Shown here: piece after piece, positions 52,111 to 64,000 of the stretch
Position numbering within the stretch: the stretch's first letter is position 1
Layout: each line of letters begins with the position of its first letter
NCBI RefSeq assembly: GCF_009914755.1
Contig: NC_060928.1
DNA length: 64,000 bases
Strand: one strand, 5' to 3'
Origin: the human T2T-CHM13v2.0 reference genome, Homo sapiens
Made by a program: the position numbers and the translations under genes
The notes under the pieces: model-generated
What the model saw: only the letters and a program-made list of their open reading frames with translations
Database searches by the model: none
What the model was told of the DNA's origin: nothing

Positions 52111-53419
52111 CACATATTATTTTAGGCAGATAACTACCAATTTAATTTATGAATCAGTATGTATCAATGTGTTGATTTGTAGAGGTGTGGAGATAATAGC
52201 TCTAAGATGTATTTAATGACTTCCTTAGCAGTAAGAGTTTAGACAGTAATACAGAAAATTCTCTAGTTATATCCAGAGAAGAGTGATTTATGGAAGCACA
52301 AACAATTAGATTCTTACATTACTGTGGGAAATGACAGATTAATAAAGGATAGAGAAATACACAGGCAACTCTACATTTCTTCATTATCTAAGATCCCATA
52401 TCAACCCTACCATCTTTAATTTTTATATCCCTACAACTGTAAGACCATGTTAGTGGGGAATACAAATTCAGAGGTGGCCTTGCATATTTGCCTTAATTAA
52501 AGAATTGTATTTTGACTGGGGTAGGTAGTCAAGAAAATAAGTCATAAAGATCAGCATTTTGAAATGTGAACTAATATATTAAGGTTTCTTAGGTGTTTCC
52601 AGTTTTCTAAGATTACTGAGCTATTTCTAATTTTAGTGCTTAGTTATAAATTCACACACAACTATAATAAGAAAATAATTGGTAAAAACATGTATAGCTT
52701 CCTTTTAAGTATTTATGCATATTATAGCTTAACTAGCTCCCATTGACAGATTAGTACGCAGTAGAATATGATTCAGAATGTCACCGCCATTTCGGAATAA
52801 AACATAAACATATGTGTGACAAAATTGTTACACACAATCATTACAAAATCAAAAACCCATGTGTATGTTTTTTATTCCCAAGTGACAGTAACATTCTGAT
52901 TTATATTTTACTGTCTAATAATCTCATAACAATAAATAATAAGATCTGAAGAATTATAATAAGGTAAGTTTGAATGTGTTGTATTCTTTTTCACATTTAA
53001 AATGGTTATTAACTTTGAAGGCTATTTGTGTGCATTTCCCATTTTAGAATTGGAGTTGGTCTGTATTAGTAGATTTTTCTGATAAATTTTAACACTGTGC
53101 AATTTTGAACTTGAGGACTTTTGCTATGCTAAAAAATTGTCCTAGTCTTTGCATCATTATGGAGTATGATTTCCACAGATTTTTATTTTATTTTTTAAAA
53201 TTTAGTCTTATTCAATAGGACCAATCATCATATAATTAACATTGGTGCCCTCTTATTTACTATTTTTGTATTCATAATTTCCAGGATTAAACTTATTGTC
53301 CTTCTTTTAAGAACTGAGTAACTAAAGGTAAATCATCCTGGTACCTGCAACAATTCTGTTTTCCTTAAAAAAACATACTAAAGATGTTTTTCTCTCAAAC
53401 TTTCACCTAACATTTTTTA

Positions 53420-53917
53420 CTACCTAATGTCCAATTGACACTCCAGGAATACTCTTTATTCTTCTCCATTCTACTGTCTTCCCCTAGGAGACTGACATGT
53501 ATAAACCAGATCATTAAGTGTCTGGGTTACATTTATGTTCTACTAATATAGAACCTGTAAAGAAATCTGAAGGAATACAAAACTTTACATGAGGATAATT
53601 ATTCCCCTACTTCCTCTCTCAAAGTTGCTTTGAACTGACTGTTTTCTGACATCAAAAGTTACCTTTCCTGTTGTTAGCTTCCTTTGCAAGACATTGACCA
53701 ATTCTAGGTTTTAGTAACCTCCACTTTTTTCATGCCTTAATGGCTTGGGATTCTAACAGTGCTGGAGCTATTGGACACACCATTCCTTGTGGTTTCCCTT
53801 AGAAATCTGGATTCCCTTTCCCTCACTTATTTGCAGTTATCCCTTTGTAAATAAACCCTTCTTGACTTACATTTGAATGTGTCTTCTGTTCCCTTTTGTG
53901 ATACTGACGGACACAGC
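53420..53917 (+). mobile_element. LTR33-like ERVL LTR relic
   Basis: CCCTAGGAGACTGAC...CCATTCCTTGTGGTTTCCC...CCCTTTGTAAATAAACCCT..TTTGAATGTGTC.TCTGTT..ACTGACGGACACA. Confidence 0.6.
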
Positions 53918-54245
53918 TACATTTGAGCACTAAATCATACTCAGTGTGCTAAAAGCATTACATACCTTTTTAAAATAAATCTTTGCAATAACATTTGCAG
54001 CTTGTATAATATCAACTGCATTTTAGAGATGATAAAATTGAGACACCAAACTGTCCTCCTGCCAATTTCATATGTGTAAATTCTAAACTCCAGTGCCTCA
54101 GAATGACAGAAATTTAAAGACAGTCTTTAATGAGACAATTAGGTAAATGAAGTCCTATGTGTGAGTCCTAATCCAATATGGCTGGTGTATTTCTAGGAAG
54201 AGGAGATTAAAACACAACGGCACAGACTTAGGGATGGCCATACCT

Positions 54246-55433
54246 GACATAATAAGAAATATATGTCTGGTTTCTTCACCAAGTTTCTGGCACAGAGGTT
54301 CTAAAATACTTGTAAATTCCTAAATAATAATGGTGATAGGAGCATCTTGTGTTATAATATTTGTTCTTAGTCTCCAGTTTCTGACACAAAAACTTCTAAC
54401 ACCCTTGGAATCTCTGAGGTCATAAGTGTCTTTTTGTATGTTAATGAGTTGAACACTGGTTGGGGCCCCAAGTTACCTTCTGGATGGGGGCTGGTTGCCA
54501 GAGCAATCAATCATATAATTAGAGGGTTGGAACTTTTGGTCCTACTACTTCACCTCCAGGGAAGGGAGAGGGATTGGAAACGGAGTCCAATAATTGATAA
54601 AAAAATTTTATTAATTGTTCCTACATAAAGGATTATAAAAAACTTTAAATAGCATTTTGAGGGCTTTTGTATTGGTGAATGCATCCACAGCAATTGACTG
54701 TTCAATTATATCTTTTGTAGTAACCTGATTAGGGGCTGGGCACAGTGGCTCATGCCTGTAATCACAACACTTTGGGAGGCCGAGGTGGGCAGACCACTTG
54801 AGGTCAGGAGTTCAAGAACAGCCTGGCCAACAAGGTAAAATCCTGTCTCTGCTAAAAACACAAAAATTATCCAGGTGTGGTGACACATGCCTGTAGTCCA
54901 AGTTACTAGGGAGGCTGGGGCAGGATCCCTCGAACCCGGAAGGCGGAGTTTACAGTGAGCCGAGACCATGCCGCTGCACTCCAGCCTGGGGGACAGTGCA
55001 ACACTCCATCTCAAAATTAAATAAATAAAAAAATAAATAAATATAAAATAAAATAAAATAAAATAAAAATAAATAAAATAATATGATTAGGGTAAATCAA
55101 GCATTTCCTTGAATTCTGTGAGCTGTTAAGGCAAATTACCAAACAAGAAGGGAGTTGTGAAACCCCTAATTTGTATCCATGTCAGACAGAAGTGCAGATA
55201 ATGTGGGGACTTACTACTTATGACTGGTGTCTGAAGTGGGGGCGGTCTTTTCAGGCTAAGCCTGTAACCTGGGGGTTTGCACTAACTCCAACTATTTAGT
55301 GTCAAAATTGAATTAAATTATAAGACATTCAGTTGGTGTCTACAAAGAGTTGGATAATTGCTATGTGTAGAAAACCCACACATTTGGTGTGAGAAATACT
55401 GAGAGTAGAGGAAAATGAATATTCCTTTTTCCA
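54246..55433 (+). mobile_element. MER21-family solo LTR split by an Alu
   Basis: TGACATAATAAGAAATATAT...CTGGCACAGAG...GGATGGGGGCTGGTTGCCAGA...TTAGAGGGTTGGAACTTT...AAAACCCACACATTTGGTG. Confidence 0.85.
54734..55082 (+). mobile_element. AluS (Sz/Sx)
   Basis: Full Alu with (TAAAA)n tail; TSD core TGATTAGGG. Confidence 0.93.
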
Positions 55434-57103
55434 TCTGTGAACACATTAATAAGGTGGCCACTTCCAACTAAGGAGAGAGGCTTCAAGAAACCAAACATGC
55501 CAATACCTTGATCTTGGACTTCCTAGCCTCCAGAAGTATGAGAAAATAAATTTCTGTTGTTTAAGCCGCCCAGTCTGTGGTAGTTTATCATGGCAGCCCT
55601 AGCAAATTAATGTGTATGCTTAAGCCTTACCTAAAATAACCACACCTAAAAAAGTGCAAGTATTAATCACGGTTCTGTCAATCCAGTGCACAGTTCTGTC
55701 AATCCAGTACTATATTAACCACATAATTTTTCTCTTTAATATATTCTGGCAATTATCATTTGCTGATTGCTTCATGTCATTCATATTATTTTCTCAATTA
55801 TATTATAAACCCATTAAAAACAGTTTAATAATTTTATATCTTCTAGTGATAAGAACTGCCAATAATCATTTAAGATTTGACAAGTACCAAGCTAATTGTA
55901 ATTGCATCACCTGTATTATGTCACTTAATTCTCCAAAACTTCTTTTTTTATTTTAATTTAACTAATTGTATCTGTATTTTGTAGATGGGAAAAGTGTAGT
56001 CAATAGAACTTAAAGAAGTTGCCTATGTTCACACAACTGGTAAAACTGCAGAGCCTGGATTCTTACTCAGTCATACTCCGGAACTCGTCTATAGAGCCTA
56101 TGCTACTAATTATAATTCCTACCCAAAGCGCAGCACAATAATGACCTAGCATGTGGCAAGTCATATAAAATAGGTGCTTAGAAAATCTTGGGGCTATGAG
56201 AAACAATTTCAAATACAAAAATGTAATCTAAAATAATTAGAGTTATGTTTAAAATTAGGATACCTTACTTATAACTTGTGAAATATAGTCAGTATTTCTT
56301 CTCAAATTATAATGATTAAAATCTTGTGAATATTTTTAGCTAAAATAAAAAACTAAGAGTGATAACGCATTTTAATAAATATTCTTTCAGAGCTGAGAAC
56401 CCACTCTATCAACATTAAACAGCGGCAGTTCCTGTAAGTTTTTAAGGGTTATTGGAAGATGACTTTACTTGTCTTCATACAGTTTCACCTAAATTGTGAG
56501 TTCCAAAATAGCAAGAGTGTTTTCTATTTCATTTACTATTACTTATCTAAGACCTAAAATAGCACTTGACAGACTGTAGTTACCAGTAGATAATAGTGAA
56601 ATGCATAATCAATAATTAATATAAATCAATAAATAATATAAATGAATTCTAACTATATCAGCTATTATTAAAGTAAGGGACAAGATGGATAAGAAACACT
56701 GAAAATATAGTAAAAAAAAAGCAACTGCTAAGTAAACTGCCTGGTGGGAAACAGAGATAACAGAAAATAACAATAGAAACGTTAAATCACTTTGTTGATA
56801 TTTGGGTCACATCAAATTAAACGTGCTTCTTAGTTTCAAATTAAATGTCTTCATCTCTGTCCTTCACAATAATTTATAAACATAGACATATATGTATCCA
56901 AAAAAATCTCACAAACTTTTCCAGAATACTCATCCCGATTCTCATCTAACTTAATGTACTGCATATTTTACCTGTCTCATATCCGGGCCTGTTTCACAGA
57001 ATTTAAACACCACAAAGTTATGGATTTTTGTCAATTTTCTTGCCATAGTTCTTGGCTTATAATCTTATGCTTATGAATTGGTAACTTATCTATGAAAGAT
57101 GAG

Positions 57104-57439
57104 TTAAGCGAGTATCCCTTATCCAAAATGTTTAGGACCAAAAGTGTTTCAGATTTCAGATTTTTTGGGGGGTGGGGGTGGAATATTTGCATATATGTGA
57201 TGAAATATCTTGGGGAAGGGGTGCGATTCTAACACAAAATTCATTTATGCTTTATATTCATCTTATACAAATAGCCTGAGGTAACTTTATTACAGATTTT
57301 TAATAATTTTGTGCATGAGACAAAGTTTTTGTACCCTGAGCCATCAGAAAGCAAAGACATCATGTGTAGAATTTTCCACTTGTGACATCATGTCAACACT
57401 CAAAAAGTTTAAGATTTTGGAGCAGGAATACTCAATCTG
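57104..57439. mobile_element. Tigger4/MER46-type MITE
   Basis: Terminal inverted repeats GAGTATCCC / GGAATACTCAATCTG; internal CCAAAATG..GGACCAAAAGTGTTTCAGATTTCAGATTT. Confidence 0.85.
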
Positions 57440-59714
57440 CAGCACATTTTTTTACAGTCTTTTCTCTCAAAGAAAGCATGTCAAGGGGGAGGACAGACAT
57501 AGGCCTATGAATTATATAGTAGGTATTTTCTTGTTGCTATTCTGATGTGTAAAACAGATTATTACCAGTACAAATACCAACTCTCAAAATATTACTTTTA
57601 TTTATGCACAATTGTTGTCTAAAGGACCACATTCCCAGATGTTTCAGGAAGATAATATTAGAATTTATGTTATTTATTGAGTAATGAATCATGGATTATT
57701 TAATAGGGCTCAGAAAAATTCGAAAATTTCATTCAGTAAAAAACAAATCCTAACTAAAATGATACATGATAGTCTTTCAGTGTCCTACAAATTTTTAAAA
57801 AGTTTGCATAAAATCAAAAATTTAACTATATAATTAATCCAAATTTTTGCAAACCACATATATATGAAATATCTTTTATGTCTAATATTTGTGTAAAGCT
57901 TTATTTGCATAGTCTACATAACAGTTCTCTCATCAGCCTCACTCTATATAAGCATGAGTTAATATAGTACAGTTTTATATCACTATTAGAAATGTATAAA
58001 ATAATAAGCTACTTTGAATATGGAGATTTTCCAAGGTGACTCTATTTTCTTGAATTATTTCTTTTATTAAATATTAATGATATGTAACATACAGAGTAAA
58101 GTCATGATAAGTTAGACAATTCACCTTGTGGCAAACCTTTACTCATTTCAAGATTAATCATCAAAAGCTCAGCAATACATTGAAAATATCTTATCACTAA
58201 TTTGTAAATAAACACAAACATATCCTGTCAGTTAACAAATGAGCCATCAGTCATAGAAAATGTACTACCTACATCCTTTTGTTTGTTTGGTTTTTACTTC
58301 TTACTTTAACTTTCAATATACTATTTTTTCAGTAAAATTTGTACTATAAAATATATAACTTATTTTTACATGGGATCATTTTTGTTACTATTTTTAAGAT
58401 TCCCCAGAGACTATAGCTGTATACTCACATACGCATTTTTCTCTAACCGTGTAACTGAATCCACCTGGTATTTTTTATGAGGTTAAACTCATATGTAAAA
58501 CTCATACATACATAAAAATGGTTAAACTCATACATACATAAAAATATGTATTTTTCTAAATAGTAATTTTTCCTAGCTTTTGATTTCAATTATTGCTAAA
58601 GATTCTTTATATTTTAAATATAAAGGCAAAAATTTTACTAGGGATTATTTCTTGGTTGTCCATTACTATTCTAGTAACATACTCTTTTCTCAACTGGAGG
58701 TTATTGTTTATTTTACTATATGTCAAGGTGAGTTCAGAAGGTGGATATTGATTTGAGATAAGGATGCTTTGGTCATATTTATAAACTGAAATATATATGA
58801 AGAAAAGAGAAATTTTAGATACATGAGAGAGGATAAATTATATCAAAAAATATTAAATTAGGTTTAAAAATTGTTAGAACAAGGCTGACTCTTCCATTGA
58901 GACAAGTTGGAAAAAGGACATAGAGATGGTTTTAAGTGTATATATGTTTACACATGCATATAACAAAAAATTCAGACTTTAAATTTGATTATCTCACTTT
59001 CTGTGTAAATCAGGCAAAATAATTGTTGTTAGTTGTAAACAATCAAAATAGCAAGATTTAAAGAAGTATTAAATTGATGTTTTATAGTGATTTGGGCTTT
59101 AGAGAAGGAAGTATTATAGTGTTTAGCAAAAAACCAAAATCAATATATAATATTCATTTTTCTCTCTTGGCCTGAACAAAGTTCAAATTTGGTTGCTTAT
59201 CAGTTGACAATTGCAAAATTGTGCTTTGTCATAGTTAATTCCCTCTGTAATTAGCAAAACGGGCTAGAAAAATCAATATTACTAGAAATGAACATTTATG
59301 TCACAATAGTGGAATAGACTCTGTAGAACAATATAACAAGCCACAAGGGAATATTTTGCTCTGGTTTTTTGTGTTCACTAGATAAGTAGAAACTTCAATT
59401 CTATATTCAATGGAATCAGAGAAGAAATCATTCCACATATTACCCAATTTAGTTGGAAAATCTTAGAAGGCTTTTTTTTTGGTGTCATATTCTGTGTAAA
59501 GAGAGAATCAATTTCTATCTATATTTTTGACAAGGAAATTAAAGATATAACAATGTGCTCTACAGTGTGTAAGGTAGAGACAGAATCTGTACTTGCATTT
59601 GGAATTTGTTTTAGATGATGGTGAAGATGATGATAATGATGTTGTCTTTAGTCCTTCAAATCAGTGTGATTTGAGTTACTTTCATTTTACTGGATATTTT
59701 TCCAGTTGTTGAAC

Positions 59715-59800
59715 TTAAAGCTTGAGAGTACTATACTAAATCTTGTATTAATACAAGATTAAATCTTGTAGAAGATTAAATATAATCTTCTAAGCTTTAA
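59715..59800. repeat. Cluster of overlapping inverted repeats
   Basis: Perfect 22-bp palindrome at 59739-59760 plus three further inverted pairs (see findings). Confidence 0.9.
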
Positions 59801-61984
59801 TCTCACCAACAGAAGCAGTTATTTACATGACAATTCAGTTAATATACCTGCAAATATCTATTGATGTTTTTGTCTTTGACTTTTGTTAACTAATCTTAAG
59901 AAAAATTTAAATGGTTGATGTGTATATTTTGCTCAGAGCATAGTGAAAAAATTCCTACAACAATTCGGAAGGTATGTATAAGGGATATTGGGATAAACAG
60001 GGACGGTGCAGATCTTCGGGGTTATGTTATTTTACTAACATCTAAATTTATTTTAGATACTTAACAAGGAGTTAGAGTGAGGCATTTGAGCTTTATTCAT
60101 TGAGTACCAGGGAGGGAAAAACTTCAGTTCCGAAGATGTAAAACAGGTGTTGTGCAGTGACTCTTTTATTAGTATATTCTTAGTCTTTCTCTATCTATGT
60201 GGTTTAAAACTTCCAGATAGTAATTCTTCCCACATGACTTGCGTCTAATGTCTTGCTGCTGCAGCAGCAGTGAAGCTTAGCAATCTGCCTGTGTTCCTCA
60301 CTGGTGTTGCTCTCACCATGTCGGCTCTGCTGCCTTCCCTGCCTGACTTTAATTTTTCCTACTTATATGATTCTCCATCTGCTTCCTTTTCTGGCGGCAA
60401 AGTGGCCCTGCCTATGTGCTCCTTTGCATTCTGCCATCTTTCTAGTTTTGCTGTTGCTTTAACTATATTTTAAACATGTAGCACAGTTGATTGAAAACTG
60501 AAGAAATGTCTAGTGCTTGTTTAGATTTTTTGCAGAGAACAGTTAGTCTTTGCCACCAGCTAAACTGTGCTTTAAACCTAGGTGCAGAATCTTCTTGCAA
60601 TATGTTTTAAGTAACCAAAATGGAAAATCCAAGCAAACTGTTGCCTGTGTTTAGCCTTGCGATTTAAAGACAGCTGGTAGAGATAAGCACTAACATAAAT
60701 CTTGTCTGAATTCCCCAAACCCAGTAAATGAATTGTGAATTCTTTATTGCTTTTTCTAGATATTTAAACATAGGTTATTGTGATATAAAGGAAAGCACAA
60801 TGAATCTGAATTTAGAAAATCTAGGTTCATAGTCTTTACCCACTTATGTGATATATGACCTAGGAGATATAACCTAATCTGTCTATATCTTCCCCCATCT
60901 CTACCTTCACTTTGGAGATAAGAACAATGAGGTTGAGAGAAAACATGCAATTTCCTAAAGTTTTCGAAGCAAGAAAGTGTCAGAGATATACATCAAATTA
61001 GGTTTTTTTGACTTCGAAACCTATACTCAATCAGGACACAAAGTACTCAAGTCTGTTTTTTCAAAACTTATAGTAATGCTCCTTAAAAGTGATGCTTTTT
61101 GCTAGAGTTCACCCATATGTGAACACTTGCATGACTTGTGACCAATTGCTATCTACCATTTATGATGCAATTTCTCTTTAGCCTGTAACTGAATTCATGA
61201 GCCTCATTGTTATACTTCCCACCACAAAAAAAATCCTGAATTATTTTTGCCCTGTGACCTTACATTTCTACTTCTTTTCTGAATTTCTTGCTGAACTTAT
61301 GCCCATTCCAAATCACATGAAATTTATGTGGATCGGTATTTTATCGATTTATTTTACTGTCCCCACAGTTCTTCTGATACACTCACCATGATGTTGTCAC
61401 TCACTCTCTTGCCAAAATTTCAAATTCACTTGCCCTTTTTTCCTTTCACTACATTACATAACAAAACGCTAAGCCTGGATAATCCAACTATCTACATTGT
61501 CTTGCCCACAATTGGCCGGCTGAGCATTTATGATATAATATAAATACTGTAAGAATATTTAACATATATTATTATTTAACATCTATATACTTAATTGAGC
61601 ATATTTACAACTCTAGATTCTTAACAGTCTTAACTAGACCGTCGATCCCACTGAACAAGTATATTTGCCTGAATGTTTTTATTTTTCACTTTTTGCAAGT
61701 GTTAAATCCTCCTAAAGTATCATCAAACCTCCAATAAATCTTATTTCTTTCTCAAAAAATGATTTTATATACTACTTCACAGTAAAAAGCAAAAATAAAA
61801 ACTAAACAAATAGATGTGAACTATTTCAATATCCAAAAGATATAACACAAATCTATCGATATTTGTATTTTTTGTCTTATCCTTCCTTCTCTTTTCTTCC
61901 TGTTAAAATGTAGGAGGATTAATACAGATTATGTAAATTGCCAAAAGTCACACAAATAGTGGAATAGGAATTTGAACTTGACCT

Positions 61985-62487
61985 TGAGATGGTGAAGTTT
62001 GTATGTCAACATGACCGAGCTTAGTATGCTTGGATAGTTGGTAAAACATTATTCCAGGTGTGTTTGTGAGGGTGTTTTTGGAAGAGAGAAATATTTGAAT
62101 TGACAGATTGAATAAAGAAGATTACCCTCACCAGTGGTGGCAGGCATAATACAATCATTTGAGGGCCTGAATAGTGCAAAATTGCTTCCTACTTGAACTG
62201 GGATGTCCATTTTGTCTTGTTTTCAGATGTTGGTGCTGTTGCTTTAGGACCTTCAGACCTGGATGGGGACGTATGATAAGGATCCTGGTTCTCAGGCCTT
62301 CTGGTCTGCACTGTAGCTATACCTCCAGCTTTCCTGTGCTGTCAGTTTGGAGACAGCAGGTCATGAGACTTCACTGCATTCATAATTATGTGAGCCAGTT
62401 TGTCATGGTAAATATGTATGTATGCATGTATGTATCCATCCATCCATCCTGTTGATTCTGTTTCTCTGGAGAACGCTGATTAAAACA
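61985..62487 (+). mobile_element. MLT2 (B/C-type) ERVL solo LTR inside a MIR
   Basis: TGAGATGGT..TATGTCAAC.TGAC...GTGAGGGTGTTTTTGGAAGAGA...TTCTGTTTCTCTGGAGAAC.CTGATTAAAACA. Confidence 0.85.
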
Positions 62488-63839
62488 CCTCTCTGCCTTC
62501 AGAACCCTTTTTCTTTCCTCTGACGTATTAATACTTTGAATTTTATAGAGAGATATTACATGAGCAGATGTGGCAACATTATTGAATATAAAATGGTTAA
62601 TTTTGCTGCATCACCCAATTTTCTTACTCTGATAAAAACTATAATGTAAGAAATGAGATAATAATTATAAGTGATTATGACAAGTGTAATAATAACATCA
62701 CTTTTATGGGGAAATAAGGAAAAGCAATAATTTATAATGAAATAAAAACTAATGATCAACATACCTTTGCTGTGGTCAATAATTTAACTTGATGTTTAAG
62801 AAAGCCAGTTTTATTTTTTTGAAGCTCCAAAGGATCTACTGCAATGTGATTTATTTCTGAAACACTGTGAAATTAATGAAAATATTATTTGTAGGGAAAA
62901 ATGAGTTTACTTGCATTTGTAATAGGCTTTGCCAGAAGCAGCAGCTGTGCCTGTGTCAAGAATATTTCATGCTGAAAAATGGAAGGTTGATTTCTGCTGT
63001 TTTTCCTTTCTTTCCCCTTATTTTTGTCATTTATCATTTTGATGAAAAAGGGAATAATTTTAATTATTTAATTATAACATGGGGGAAGAATAATAGTGTG
63101 CCTAGAAATGCAGCTATGTCCAACTCAGTTTTAATATAATTTAGGTTGATTATCCCAGTCACTTGAGTTTGCCCCAATACTGTTAATTGTAAAAGATCAA
63201 TCAATCCTAACTATTAAATTCATATGAAAATCAGTTTCTGCTCTTCAGAAAAATGTCAGAATCTTATTAAGGAGGTAAGTTATGCTCTGATGTGTTCCAG
63301 ACTTAAGAAATAGGTGCAGAAATTGATACTTCAGGCATTTTCTATGAGCGCTTTCTACAGATTGCCTTTGTTTCATTGCTCAGTACACCTTAGGAATGAA
63401 TGTTTAACCTGTTTCGTATTATCCACAAAATTTTGAGTAAAATGATTAAATGTCCTCCAACAGTCATGTGATCTGTGATATCCCTGCCCCATGCAGAAAA
63501 AAAATATGTATATAAAATTACAAAAATGAAAGACAATATTGAGTTTATGTTATATTATACTTATATTACACCAGCATTAGGTAATTTTGCTTGAACATTC
63601 TTTTCTAATGCCCTCCAAGCAAGTATTTACCCGTGCTTTTTGAATTTTAGAAGGATTCGACATCAAACTTCCCAGTTTCAGTTGCTTAATTTCATCACAT
63701 ACCAGTTTATCTTTTTGAACATTAGTACACAAACTGACTCAAGTATACTTGCCTCCCTCCCATTTTTTATTATTTCTCAAAGAGCTATTATTTCTCAAAA
63801 GTGTTTCTTAAAATATACTTGTAGGTTCTCTTTTCCTGG

Positions 63840-63995
63840 AGAAAGAGCTCTGAATTCAAAAGATCTGTCTTTAAGTCCTGGGTCTGCTTCTTAACTCATC
63901 CAGGTCTTTAGGTAAGTCAGGTACAGTTGCTGTTTTCATCTGTAGAATGGAAATAAGAATACATTTCTCAGACAATTATTTAACAGTTATATGGA
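63840..63995 (+). mobile_element. MIR relic
   Basis: TTAGGTAAGTCA...GTTTTCATCTGTAGAATGGAAATAA matches the MIR core. Confidence 0.65.
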
Positions 63996-64000
63996 AAAAG

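Larger units (their letters stand above)
54050..55613 (+). mobile_element. MLT1B LTR split by MER21, inside a MIR
   Basis: 5' part GTCCTAATCCAATATGGCTGGTGT; 3' part TTGATCTTGGACTT..ATGGCAGCCCTAGCAAATTAAT; antisense MIR pieces on both sides. Confidence 0.8.

Overview
AT-rich, repeat-dense primate (very probably human) non-coding DNA, either a large intron or a gene desert. I could not support any cellular protein-coding exon, RNA gene, CpG island or CRISPR array. The listed ORFs are decayed L1 ORF1/ORF2 pieces, translations of repeats or microsatellites, or short chance frames. About half of the window is recognisable interspersed repeat: two near-full-length dead L1s (3386-9560 +, 27696-35326 -), Alus, a FAM, solo LTRs (MER4, MER67, LTR9, MER34, MER21, MLT1, MLT2, MST, LTR16, LTR33 types), an ERVL pol relic, DNA transposons (MER5, MER58, MER82, Tigger4), L2 and MIR. 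Subfamily names come from remembered consensus sequences and need RepeatMasker/Dfam confirmation. I found no new gene system. The most unusual signals are mutational and retrotransposition scars readable from the sequence: (1) a multi-template insertion inside the first L1, copying ~360 bp from 3.9 kb upstream, then 35 bp from nearby, then a snap-back hairpin; (2) an L1PA7-like insertion that seems to combine a twin-priming inversion with a ~600-bp 3' transduction of MER82; (3) a polyadenylated 129-bp MER11 (HERV-K HML-8) LTR fragment at an L1-endonuclease-like site; (4) a chain of overlapping palindromes at 59715-59800.
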